A stretch of 62,775 bases of DNA, counting the filler, from Phoronis australis (lineage: Eukaryota > Animalia > Phoronida), in the NCBI GenBank assembly GCA_002633005.1. It is 9 parts of 9 records of this genome, joined end to end, with 100 filler letters (N's around TTAATTAATTAA, not from the genome) between each part and the next. Parts side by side here need not be neighbours in the genome. Positions count along the whole stretch, not along the records: positions 23,893 to 37,257 come from NMRA01001590.1; positions 37,358 to 41,402 come from NMRA01002732.1; 7 more parts are not named here. The stretch is one strand, 5' to 3'. The position numbers were made by a program, and so were the translations under genes. Positions 25,108 through 37,404 of this stretch are shown here, piece by piece; the stretch's first letter is position 1, and the number at the start of each line of letters is the position of its first letter. Below the pieces are notes generated by a model. It did not search any database. It had not been told where the DNA came from and was given only the letters and a program-made list of their open reading frames with translations.

Positions 25108-27616
25108 CTTTTGGACCTGAAGTACAAAAGCTGCCATTTCCTCCTCCTTTTTCTGAAGAGCGAGAGTGAATCCTTCGGACAACTTGGCACGGCTGGCTTG
25201 CTGCTGTTCATCAATCTCTTGGACCCGTTTGAGCGAGGCTGAAAATAGAAAGAGAATAACAATATCAAGCAGGTGAAGCGCCAACGACACACCTAATAAA
25301 ATAAGTCCACGACTGGAAAATTTGGGCACAGCCCCGAGTTACATCAACACACGACAAATTAGATCAACAGACAAAAGCAATCGAGCTACAGTTCAAGACA
25401 ATTACAGTAAACATTCTGGGCTGAGTTGCATAAAGCTTCAAAAGTTATCCGATGGATAAGTTAGATTGTTGCATGACGTCAGGTGCATTGTTCAATAATA
25501 ACAACATGACGCGTGATAATGCGACGTCATTGTTGCTATACGGCGTATAACTTTTATGCAACTAGGCCCTGTTGTGTGCTTCACTAAAAGCATTAGTCAT
25601 GCTTACTTGTTTAGCAGACTTTGAAAGGAGGATGTTAGAAAATTTTGGTAATTATTTTAGACAGAAATTGATGAGACTTTACGGTCCACTATCACATGAG
25701 CAATGAGGAACAACATAAGACCCGACACATTCAAGTTCCACCTTTCAACTACAGAATGATCTCTGGAAAATTACCATCAGTTTGTTTCTCCAGCGCTTGT
25801 TCTAACTTCTCAATCATCTTCACTTTTTCTTTTATAGTCGATGCATATTCTGAAAGACGAAGAAGCATGATTCCGTCAGCACAAATGGTACCATGTAGGT
25901 AAAACCCAACTCTTCAAGCTTTTGTTTTTCAACAGCTAAACAAAATGTTACACATGTTTGAAGTTAAGTTTATTGCTTGATAGAACATTATATTCAAATC
26001 TGGACAGTCCTCTTAATTAGTAACATCAAATAGTTCAACAGAACAGAACCAAAGGGATGCTTCTGACAGCAGTCCACACATTCTTCATGCGGAATATGTA
26101 GAACATGGAATGTTTTGGATGAATAGTGAAAAGACAGAAACTATGCTATCACGATACCATCAAGCTCACTGCATACATGACGTGACACAAGTTTAAATGA
26201 GATTAGCCATGTGGCATAGTGTGCAACAGGCTTTAAAAACATTCAGCAAATCTCCTATGAAACTGAACCTCCATAGTCAAGTGGTTATTAAATAATACTC
26301 AGAAGGCCAACTGACCGCTGATTTTTGATTCTAGTTTCTTCACTTGGTCAGTCCTCTTCATTAGCATAGCAAGCACCTCCTCTTTTGAGTTGGCCTATTG
26401 GATAAAAATCAATGACACAGCCATCAATCACTCAAATTAGCATAGGTAGCACCTCCTCTTTTGAGTTGGCCTATTGAATAAAAATCAATGACACAGTCAT
26501 TAATCACTCTAATTAGCACATAAGTCCTTCCCATTTGATGAAATCCTTCAGATCATTTCATAAAATCAGTTTCATGGGGCAGGTCTATACAAAACAATTC
26601 TGATCAGGTAAACGATTAGCAAGTTGCCAGAGAACAAATAGTTCATTAAGACAGCAAACTACTGAGTTTTGAAAAGTGGTGATTTGATAACTTTACATTA
26701 CTTGACTAACAGACAGAAATACCAAAACTTGTTCCAAGATAACACAGAATCTTAACCTTTCCAGAAACGTGACAAACAAAGAATAAACTTGGTAGTAATT
26801 TTTAAAAGAATTAATCAAAATGATCCTTACAGAAGACTGTGAACTGTCATGGGATGACCCCATACTGGATGCTGAGTCATTTCTCCTCAGATGTGTCTGG
26901 TCTCCTGATGTCATTAAAAAAAAACATTTATGTCAGAATAGAATTAAAGTAATATTTTTCTGAAATGAAGTCAGTCCAAAGTTAACCAAACTCCAGTCAG
27001 AATAACTGGACAAATTTGACTGATTGACCATACCCAAAATCACACATATTTTCTACCTCACAACATAAAAAAGAAATTCCTTTGGTACAGAGAGGGCTAA
27101 CTAATATTTATCACATCTCTTTGTGTAAAATGATCCAAACGTAACTTTTCATGAAGAATTAAATTTCTAAAGCCAAACAGTTTGGAAAAGTTATCAGTTT
27201 TAGTCCAAGATACATCAATTTATTTTACCCAGTGTGTTATTGACCTGAACCCGAAGTAATTGGTTTACTCCACACAACAGAACCTTTTATCAGATTCCTT
27301 GATAAGTAGGCCTCTTGAAGATAAAACAAATCTATTGACAAAATACAAGGTGCCATGAAACTGGTGGAGTCTCAAATGTTTTAAAACAATTACAGTTGTC
27401 ATAGTAACCACAAAGCTGAAGCACAGCTGAGTCACCTAGTATTTAGTTACCTGCAGAATTCTTGGCCAAAGGACTGGGTGCAGGTGAGGAATGGACAGCC
27501 ACAGGTGGTGCTGCCCTCTGTGGAGCAATCCTGTTGACGGGACTTGCCAATCCCGGACCGGACAATCTTCGGTCCCCATGCTCTTCCTGGATCTTTTTCT
27601 TTAAGTTGGCAAACAT
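25108..27616 (-). CDS. GOLGA1: Golgin-97 (golgin subfamily A member 1) N-terminal part; exons 27616-27451, 26904-26831, 26394-26316, 25849-25775, 25238-25108; 3' part not seen on this contig
   Basis: Starts MFANLKKKIQEE (golgin-97 MFAKLKKKIAEE). Continues SKEEVLAMLMKRTDQVKKLESKISEYASTIKEKVKMIEKLEQALEKQTDASLKRVQEIDEQQQASRAKLSEGFTLALQKKEEE, collinear with the golgin-97 coiled coil. All splice phases are compatible. Confidence 0.85.
25419..25568. mobile_element. 150-bp PIF/Harbinger-like MITE in a GOLGA1 intron
   Basis: 16-bp TIR GGCTGAGTTGCATAAA / TTTATGCAACTAGGCC (2 mismatches) flanked by CTG on both sides (25416-25418, 25569-25571). Confidence 0.7.
26360..26518 (-). repeat. 76-bp tandem duplication spanning a GOLGA1 splice acceptor
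   Basis: ATTAGCATAG..AGCACCTCCTCTTTTGAGTTGGCCTATTG.ATAAAAATCAATGACACAG at 26360 and 26436. Confidence 0.9.
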
Positions 27617-28086
27617 GATTACTGTAGGGAAACACAAGAAAATGCAATGGAGAATTAGAAATTCACCAGGTGGCACTAGTGTAGCCCACAGAAATGCCTG
27701 CAATCAGGTACTTGTGTGGGTTCCTCATTCCACAAGCACTGAGGTGCTTTCTGACATCAATCTGTTCAGATATTGAATAGTACAACCTTCTTTCCTTAGC
27801 GCCACCTGGTGGATATCGAGTCCTCCATTCAACAACTCGGTGATGCAGGTGGAGGTAATCAATCCCTTATCAAATATACCAGGGCACTAACCTCGAAACC
27901 CTTACCACCCAAACAAACGTTTTGGTACGATGTGCTGCATGAATAATTACCATGCTCAATGAACTGTTACCATACACAGTTTTTAGAGTGAGAGCCCAGC
28001 AGTACATGGTAAGTGCGCTCGTATGTAGTATCACTTCTTCAAGCGTGTTGAGCTTGGCACATGTTGTAACTTGTAGCAAGTGGTAA

Positions 28087-28210
28087 GGTACTGCTCTCAT
28101 GGTAATGGTACTGCTCTCATGGTAATGGTTCTGCACTCATGGTAATGGTACTGCTCTCATGGTAATGGTACTGCTCTCATGGTAATGGTACTGCTCTCAT
28201 GGTAATGGTT
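28087..28210 (+). repeat. 20-bp minisatellite (GGTAATGGTACTGCTCTCAT) x~6
   Basis: Directly visible tandem array. Confidence 0.95.
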
Positions 28211-31064
28211 CAGCTCAGAGAAAAGAGCCAAGCGGCCTGTTGCAAGGGTTTGTTTCCACTCAACATTCATTTGACAAATAGTTTACACCGACTGTTTGAC
28301 AATGAGGTGTAAGTTAAGACATTGATTTGCAGCAGGAAGACATTTTCCAGAACCGGACACTAAGTCTGGCAATAATGATGTGTCAAACATGGTCCAAGAT
28401 TAAAATTTCTGTACCTTCAACGATTTTTATTAAGAAACTTTGCTTAATAAATAAAATTTCTTAATTTTGTTGGCATGCAACTTTTGTGAATTTTGTCTTC
28501 CCAGGTTACTACCTTTTGACGCGACACCAAATTAAAAACTGCAGGTCAAAAAAAAAATTTGTATCATTCGAACTTTTGATAGATTCTTTACTCACAAACA
28601 CAAATACTGGTAGTCAGGAGTACCAAGCTATATACTAGTACATATCAGTGCAGTCGCTGTCATTGGTTCAGTTAGTAAATTTCTGCTAACAAGCAAGTTG
28701 TAACTTAAAATTTACCAGACTTACCAGACTTTTTCAGTTTGGGTTGACATAAGAACTAAGTAAACAGAACTTCCATCACAAAAACAAATTTTGTTTTACT
28801 ACATCTACCATAACAAAATAAGTCTCAAGTTGCTCCATGTTCAAACTGAAGGTGATTTCAGGGCTTCCAAAAATTGACATTTTGCTGTAGTTGCTCAAGA
28901 CAAGGCTCTACAATTCACAGTATGTAATTTAATACAAAGATCACGGTCTTTTATACATATTACATATTTATTATCATTGATGAACAAGTACAAGAACAAA
29001 AACATGCACTCATACACGCATGCACATCTCAGGAAAAACCATTCTCGCATAAAGTAAACAGCTGCTATATGGAGACAACGTGAACAATAAAATTTTCCCA
29101 TTTCCCAGAAAAGCTGCCATACACAAAACTTTTATGTGCAATAAATTTTTCAGCATTACAGTAATTGTGAGTATATGAAAGAAACTTGTGAATTTTTTAA
29201 GAGACATATCCTTGTAAATATCAAGTGTCTCATTAACCGAGTAAGGTCTTAACGAAAAATAAAATGCCAGTTCCTTGTAAACCCAGAAATCACATAGTTG
29301 AGACTAACAGGAATTTTAGAGCCATAAGTAGCAGAAATTAAAAGTTCCTTTCTTAGACATCATGAGGATTCAGCTCAGTATCAAGAAAATTTAGTAATTT
29401 CAACATTAACTTGTCTTACTACCAAAACAATAACGTTAATTAAATCTCCCGGTAGTGTTTGACCTATGTCATGAAAAGCTTTCTAGTCAGTTAGTATTAC
29501 CCACACGCAAGATTTCTTGTGATAAGGATTCATAACCTTTTTAACTGCTTTTAAATGTTTCTAACACATCAAAGCAAGTATGTTATGCATCAAAACAATT
29601 TATATACTTAGGATGTCAAAGCACCCAAGTAATAAGCTTACATTGTCTTTGTAACATGCAATTAATTGCCTACTTCCCTCTTTCTTATGTAATTTTACAT
29701 GGGTCCTGTTGTATTATACATGTAAACTTAATGTCTTAGACTGCATGGAGGTTCTATAACACAGTAGCACCAGCACTGTCAAGATCAGTTCTGTTCTCAT
29801 AACCGCATTTGTTTAATAATGAACAGAATTCATTTTCTTTTGAAAACTCGTATTTTCGTGCTGGAGAAAAGGAACGCTGTTCATAAGTAAAGAATGCGAT
29901 TGGTGAGAAATGAACTGAACTCAGAATAGAATTTCTTAGAAAAAGAATTGTGAATACAATATGGCGGACAAGTGAAATGTTTTATTTTGTCATTTTTGTT
30001 CGTAAAAGATGAGCAGCACAAAATATGATATATAATTTCCAAGCTGTGTACCATAGCCTTGACTACCCCCAACACAATAAACATTTTAAAAAGTGTGTCT
30101 GTTCTCAACAACCTAAGAAGCCCATGACATGAAATTATTTTTATCTGAAATTGATCAAACTTTACCGTATGATAAAGAGGCAGTATGTTATTAATGAAAA
30201 CATGCATACGAACTGCGATGAGGTCATCCTCTATAATGATCAAACAACCAGAGGCAGAATAGAATCCATCTCCCACCTCTCTGTAATATACTTGTTCAGA
30301 ACAATATGCAAATCGCCCTGAGCCACTTTCACATGGTAAATCAATTAATATAATGCAGCACGATTTTAGTATTCACCATGACCTGACCACCCACATACAG
30401 GTACACATGCTTAGAAAGGCATTAGACCTTTACACAAACCAACTTGCACTAAAGGAACACGATGGGTGCCTGTTCAGTTGCAAATACGTGAATTCCGAAA
30501 AAAAAAACATCCAAATCAAGTGATTGACTTAAGGGATACTAATCCATGGTGAATTCAAATAATCCTTGTTCTGTCACTGGAAATGCATCACTGGCAACAA
30601 TTTTCCAAGTTTAAGGCAGGAATCAACTAAAAATTAACACTCCCTATGTCACAGATTGGATATCATGATTCTTGGTGGATTTTCTTTCCTCACAGTTGCC
30701 TTGTACTTCACTAAAAGCGCAGGTCACGCTTGCCTGTCTAGCCGACTTTGAAAGGGGTTTTCAAATTTCCTCAGAGGGCTTTTACAGACCATTATCTTAT
30801 TTCAGAGAATTGGGTGGAATATTGATTTTCAATACGAATTAACAATGTTAAAATCAGGGTAGACAGCTTTTAATGACTGACAGTAAACACAAATAAAAAC
30901 ATTTTTACTTACAGACACTCGATGACTAAACTCATTTTGGGAGAACGTGCAAGCCTTCAAGAAATTTAACCAATACTTCAAAAGGGCAGCTAAGAACTTA
31001 TGGAAATTTTTAGAAAATAGGACCATGGGTATAAATTTTCGGGGAGCTTGTTTACAAAAATACC

Positions 31065-31170
31065 GAGGAGGCAGTGTGGCCTGGTTGATAAGTGCCCGCT
31101 TTCTTCACTCGAGGTCGTGGGTTCGAGTCCCACCAGGTCACACTGCTAAGCCCTTGAGCCAGGTTTCTAG
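31065..31170 (+). mobile_element. tRNA-derived SINE fragment
   Basis: A-box-like TGGCCTGGTTG (31077), B box GGTTCGAGTCC (31120-31130), then CCCTTGAGCCAGG resembling a conserved SINE central-domain motif. Confidence 0.6.
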
Positions 31171-31230
31171 CTCCTCAGCTCGGTTTTAACCATATATTAA
31201 TAAAGCATGAAAATATTTCCAGTTGATCAG

Positions 31231-32903
31231 TGCAATGGGCCCACATGCGAGGCCTGCGCACATCTGGTACAACGTGTATCAGACCGCCTGCAATTATTTT
31301 TTTTTACAAAAATACCCACTAATCGTAAGCTTGAGCCAACACACGATGGTTATAATGGAGGCCAATTCCTAATCAAGCAGACACCTGGATGGTTTGATTC
31401 ACAGGTCAGGCATCGAATCTGACTCAGTAAATATCATACCCATGTGGGTTCATGCATACCCATGTGGGTTCATGCACAAGGTATGTGTATAAAGAAACTC
31501 GAAAATCAGTGACGAGTTTGGCTTAGACCTACTCCCATCGAGTTTGAAAACCTATACATTAACAAATTTGAATGAGAGATCCGTAAAGCAAATTAAGACA
31601 ACTTTGATTTTTGGCATCAGTTCCATTCACTTATTCCAAGATACACAAACTCCACACACTTAGGAAATGAGGCCAGAAAAGAAAACTTATAAACTAAGCT
31701 AACAAAGACAAATTTCAATTTCTTAGGGTCTGTGAAAAGACTAAAAAACAGTCAAATAATGAGCACTGTAAATAATCATGGAGTTAGGCAAAATAAAAAT
31801 GGCCAGGGGTGAATCATTATCGAGGTCAATGGGAAAAACTATCAAAATTGCCTCCAAGATAATGTGCTCATAAATTCAGTGCCTCTTAAAAATAAGGTCA
31901 TGAAAGACCTTATTGTAGTGAGGCGTTATTTGACTACTCTCACTGCTGCGCTGGCCTTTAGCCGCGCACACCTTCTGTTGGCATCAGAAGTCGACTGTTG
32001 TGCGTTTTGGTGATTGCCACCGTTGGCTGTCCCAGCTCTTATGCCAGCGCTGGCCAATGAGGGCGCTACATGAATATTCAATGGCCCTTCTGCGGCCGAT
32101 ACAAAAGACTGGCGCAAGGACTGGACCGGGGCTTTACGAATAATGATGATTGAACTCAACCGACTCACATATTGACCCTAGGAACCTAGGAGCACCTATA
32201 GTGTTATTACAAGGTAAGACACTTTGGAATTTACTACATTATTGACAAGTCCGTGCATTCAATTTGTTGTATGTGAACCTGGAATCCTAGCTACTTAATC
32301 TTATTTACATCAGTCTGGGAAGCAAGTTGAAAGTTTATTTATCCTTGCAGCTGTTTCTAATGTGTTAAATGGGTACGATTCAATGAATTAGAATTTAAAT
32401 GTCTGTCCTAATCAGTTGATAGATGGAGTCTGTGGCACTGGTCGAAAATAAACTAGAGAATTAGTGATGACAGCAGTCCCTGTTTTTGAGAACCAGTTTC
32501 ATCCCCGTATTCCATAACAGGCCCCTTATTCAGTGGGTGTCTAGCCATGTTCTCAAAATCATATGTCGCCCCCTCTGGGTACTGGCTGGATAGCGGTCCC
32601 TGATCTAAAGAACCAGGCAACCATTGAGTAGAGGACCAGTTCTGTAGTGGATGAAACTAGTTCTCTCTAAATCAGAGACTGGTATATCCGACCAGTGCTC
32701 ATTACCTCCCCAGTAGTCGGATAGGTGGGGTCCCCGATTTAAAACCGATTTGAGAACCAGTCACTCCCACTGAATAAGAGGCATTATTCAGTGGGAGTAA
32801 CTGGTTCTCAAATCAAAAAGTTATGCTCTTAGTATCATTAGACGTGGGCAGGGTGGAGGGGAATTTGGTACAGCCATGCACTCAGCTCAATCAAGTCGGA
32901 GGT
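31231..32903 (+). repeat. ~1.7-kb direct repeat, copy 1 (copy 2 at 33911-35649)
   Basis: Collinear from TGCAATGGGCCCACATGCG to TCAAGTCGGAGGTT, with scattered SNPs and indels. Confidence 0.95.
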
Positions 32904-33385
32904 TTGTCCCTCTGTTACAGATCTACACGTCAAGTGACAAGTTAAACATTGTTCGATTGATTCGGATGTTAGGCTTTTGGATTATGGTAAAACGAAATAT
33001 GAACTAATCACTAAGCTGCTTCAGTGTAACCTTATTCAAGTGATAAGCATATTTTGCAATTCCAACTTTCAAACCGTGTGAAACACTGGCTTCCAAGTTT
33101 TATTTCCTACTCACCGACTGTAAACACAGCCAACTCACCACCACATTGGATTTCACTAAAATGCGAAGTATACTCTCCGCTTGTTGTCATTTACCTTTTT
33201 GTTGCTGTTGTCGTTGTCATTATTAATCATTGTTTTTGATTTTTTTGAAAAACAAAATTTTGTGTTTAGTCATGGATGTTTTGTAATATTCTATGCACGG
33301 CGTTGGTCTTTTATAAAAAATATGAAATTGGAACTGTTGCCATCTATTGTGAAACTCTAAAACTAAATGCTAGCACCTGACACTA

Positions 33386-33444
33386 CTCGCTGGTTCCCTG
33401 CGTGCCGCTAGATGGCTGGGCTAAGCACGCAGGGAACCAGCGAG
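33386..33444. mobile_element. 59-bp micro-MITE with perfect 20-bp TIR and 9-bp target-site duplication
   Basis: CTGACACTA | CTCGCTGGTTCCCTGCGTGC - 19 nt - GCACGCAGGGAACCAGCGAG | CTGACACTA. Confidence 0.85.
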
Positions 33445-33910
33445 CTGACACTAGTACTGAAAAACTTGAAGCCTTCGAAAAAGCTGTGCCGCCGGGGTGG
33501 TCAGGCGGCGGGTTGAACCCGCAAGTCGCTGGGACCCGCGCCACTGTGCAAAATAATCTATCGGAAATCTGAATAAAGAGCTATTTTGATTAGAAAAAAG
33601 CGTTGTTGTGCGTTGTCGAGCAAGTGCTCATTCTCAGGCACAGATGCACGGCAAGTAACGGGCACCGACGGCAGACGGTCCGACAAAAACTTGATTTGAC
33701 TTTACTTGGCCCCCTGACGGCTCGCCGAAAGCCGCTCCGGCTATTTCAGAAATAGCAAATCGGATTCATTCTTATACATTGTTTAAACTGTTCCGACTTT
33801 GTTATGAAGAGGGCGGGCTATCAAATACAACTTTTGGCCTTTGCACCGACGGAAACGCCGAATCAGTGGCAGCTACGTACTGAAAAGGCGTCACTGTCAT
33901 TTGTGAGATN

Positions 33911-35649
33911 TGCAATGGGCCCACATGCGAGGCCTGCGCACGTCTGGTACAACGTGTATCAGACCGCCTGCAATTATTTTTTTTTACAAAAATAACCACT
34001 AATCGTAAGCTTGAGCCAACACACGATGGTTATAATGGAAGCCAATTCCTAATCAAGCAGACACCTGGAGGGTTTGATTCACAGGTCAGGCATCGAAGAA
34101 TCTGACTCAGTAAATATCATACCCATGTGGGTTCATGCCCGTCAGTAAATATCATACCCATGTGGGTTCATGCACACCCATGTGGGTTCATGCACAAGGT
34201 ATGTGTATAAAGAAACTCAAAAATCAGTGACGAGTTTGGCTTAGACCTACTCCCATCGAGTTTGAAAACCTATACATTAACAAATTTGAATGAGAGATCC
34301 GTAAAGCAAATTAAGACAACTTTGACTTTTGGCATCGGTTCCATTCACTTATTCCAAGATACACACACTCCACACACTTAGGAAATGAGGCCCGAAAAGA
34401 AAACTTATAAACTAAGCTAACAAAGACAAATTTCAATTTCTTAGGGTCTGTGAAAAGACTAAAAAACAGTCAAACAATGAGCACTGCAGATAATCATGGA
34501 GTTAGGCAAAATGAAAATGAACAGGGGTGAATCATTATCATGGTCAATGGGAAAAACTATAAAAATTGCCTCCAAGATAATGTGCTCATAAACTCAGTGC
34601 CTCTTCTTAAAAATAAGGTCATGAAAGACCTTATTGTAGTGAGACGTTATTTGACTTGTCTCATTGCTGCGCTGGCCTTTAGCCGCGCACGACTTCTGTT
34701 GGCATCAGAAGTCGACTGTTGTGCGTTTTGGTGATTGCCACCGTTGGCTGTCCCGGCTCTTATACCAGCTCTGGCCAATGAGGGCGCTACATGAATATTC
34801 AGCGGCCCTTCTGTGGCCGATACAAAAGGCTGGCGCAAGGACTGGACCGGGGCTTTACGAATACTGACGATTGAACTCAACCGACTCACATATTGACCCT
34901 AGGAACCTAGGAGCACCTACAGTGTTATTACAAGGTAATACACTTTGGAATGTATTACATTATTGACAAGTCCGTGCATTCAATTTGTTGTATGTGAACC
35001 TAGAATCCTAGCTGCTTAATCTTATTTACATCAGTCTGGGAGGCAAGTTGAAAGTTTATTTACCCTTGCAGCTGTTTCTAATGTGTTAAATGGGTAGTAC
35101 GATCCAATGAATTAGAATTTAAATGTCTGTCCTAATCACTTGATAGATGGAAACTGTGGCACTGGTTGAAAATAAACTAGAGAATTAGTGATGATAGCAG
35201 TCCCTGATTTTGAGAACCAGTTTCATCCCTGTATTCCATAACAGGCCCCTTATTCAGTGGGTGTCTTGCCATGTTCTCAAAATCACATGTTGACTATACT
35301 GGCAATGTCGCCCCCTCTGGGTACTGGCCGGATAGCGGTCCCTGATCTAAAGAACCAGGCAATCATTGAGTAAAGGACCAGTTCTGTAGTGGATGAAACT
35401 AGTTCTCTCTAAATCAGGGACTGGTATATCCGACCAGTGCTCATTACCTCCCCGGTAGTAGTCGGATAGGTGGGGTCCCCGATTTAAAACCGATTTGAGA
35501 ACCAGTCACTCCCACTGAATAAGAGGCATTATTCAGTGGGAGTAACTGGTTCTCAAATCAAAAACTTATGCTCTTAGTATCATTAGACGTGGGCAGGGTG
35601 GAGGGGAATTTGGTACAGCCATGCTCTCAGCTCAGTCAAGTCGGAGGTT
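33911..35649 (+). repeat. ~1.7-kb direct repeat, copy 2; starts immediately after a single N (33910)
   Basis: Same sequence as 31231-32903. The N junction suggests an uncollapsed allele. Confidence 0.95.
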
Positions 35650-36561
35650 AGGCAATGACCATCGCCTCTGTTGGCCCGAACCAGAGGCGATGTAGAGGCT
35701 ATAGGCGCTCTGTACGCCGGAAGCTTTTCGGCGAATTATGCCTCGCACCGACTAAACCATCACAGTCACGGTGTTATAAATACCTTTTGCGCATAGAGGA
35801 ACACCTTAGGAGGTTGTCGATGTGTTTAAGTTCTTCCAACTCGAACAAATACTCCCGTTATGAAACTTTTTCTTCGAGCAGTACCTATTTCAGTTTCCAA
35901 AATCGTGAAATCAAAATTTTCATTTTTTAACCAGGCCAAAGGTCAGAAGTTGCGATCCTACCGGCGAACTTTGAAAGCTGAAGTTCCCGCCCTTTGCGTA
36001 CGTGTTGCCGGGAACCAGCCGTGCATTTGCCGTGTTGTTAAACATTAAAATGTCAAATATGTGCACAAAGACTTTTAAATGTTATATCAACAGCATTTAT
36101 TTTTATCAAATACAAACAATAATTCATTGAAATACAAACAGTTTCAAGTAACGCCAATTAAAGACAAGTATAAGTGGTGGCATTTTGGAAACGAACATTT
36201 GACTGACAAGACCGCAATGGCTCACCTTTGGCCTATTTAAAGATTGAGGTCATGAATTCACATCACCTAGCGAGCGCGGTAAAAATTGGAGCGTGCGCAG
36301 TATAAAAATGGTGAGTTCACGATTTTGGGAACTGAAATAAGGACTGCTCGAAGAAAAAGTTTAATAATAGGAGTATTTGTTCGAGTTGGAAGGAATTAAA
36401 CACATCGACAACCTCCTCAGGTGTTCCTCTATGCGCAAAAGTGACTTTGATGGTTTAGTCGGTGCGAGGCATAATTCGCCGAAAAGCTTCCGGCGTACAG
36501 AGCGCCTATAGCCTCTGCTTCGCCTCTGGTTCGGGCCAACAGAGGCGCCGGTCATTGCCTA
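35649..36561. mobile_element. ~910-bp MITE with ~250-bp inverted arms (possible TA target)
   Basis: TAGGCAATGACC...GGTCATTGCCTA ends; 35649-~35910 is reverse-complementary to ~36316-36561. This explains the mirror ORFs 35655+ and 36555-. Confidence 0.88.
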
Positions 36562-37357
36562 TCCGACAAGTCAAGTGCCCGGTCCCAGAAACTGACGTGT
36601 TACACGGCTTCCAAGTTAACAGGTTAAAGATAATTCAAAAAGCAATCGCTGCATAATTTTACTATCCATGTGCTCACCTAAAATTCAGAGCTTCAAGGGC
36701 AAACAATCAAGTTACTGCCATTTTGTTACAGCTGCGACAGTTTGTAAACGCCCGCACACCTACTCCTATTCTGTTTATGTACAGTGAAAGTCACTTGACC
36801 AACAACCGGAAGCTGTTCTTTCAGTTTCTGACAATCGAACAACCATTTATGTCCACTGATAGTATAACCAATGCGTCTTCATTCCGTATAGAATAATGCG
36901 TTTTCCGGGAGGAAAATTATTAGGCGTGCATCGGTCCCTAGCAGCGCTCTCAGAGCTATACTCGCTGGTTGCTTAGTGAGCAGGGGCGGATCGATCCAGG
37001 AAGTTTTGAGTTAGGAAATGGGAGGGTCAGGGCACAGGAATAACCAGAATTTCGGCAGATGCGCGCGGCAGCCTAAAATTTAGGGATGTAGGGGTACCGA
37101 ATTTTTGGATTTTCGGACCTTTTGACTAATAAAAAACAGTAAACGGGGTTTGTTGAGGGCCTACCGGTATGCATTATTCACCGCCCGAGCGAGCCCCCTG
37201 GTTGCGCGTGCTACTTAGCAATTCGCACCCCAATAGGCGGATTTAGGGGGGGGGGGGNNNNNNNNNNNNNNNNNNNNNNNNNNNNNNNNNNNNNNNNNNN
37301 NTTAATTAATTAANNNNNNNNNNNNNNNNNNNNNNNNNNNNNNNNNNNNNNNNNNNN

Positions 37358-37404
37358 GTATTCCCAGGCGCTCACCCATCCAAGTACATAACCGGGCCCT
37401 GACC
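37358..37404 (-). rRNA. 5S rRNA-derived fragment (approx. 5S nt 55-102, diverged), not a complete gene
   Basis: Minus strand GGTCAGGGCCCGGTTATGTACTTGGATGGGTGAGCGCCTGGGAATAC versus invertebrate-type 5S ...GTCGGGCCCGGTTAGTACTTGGATGGGTGACCGCCTGGGAATAC. Confidence 0.8.

Noticed and set aside
31926-34889. Duplicated 80-aa gene MSRLSSI... (31926-32168 and 34647-34889)
   Set aside because: Non-ATG start, no recognisable domain, many differences between copies change amino acids, and the duplication is explained by the 1.7-kb repeat.
37358-37404. Functional 5S rRNA gene
   Set aside because: Only ~47 nt, with indels, and the 5' half is replaced by element sequence.
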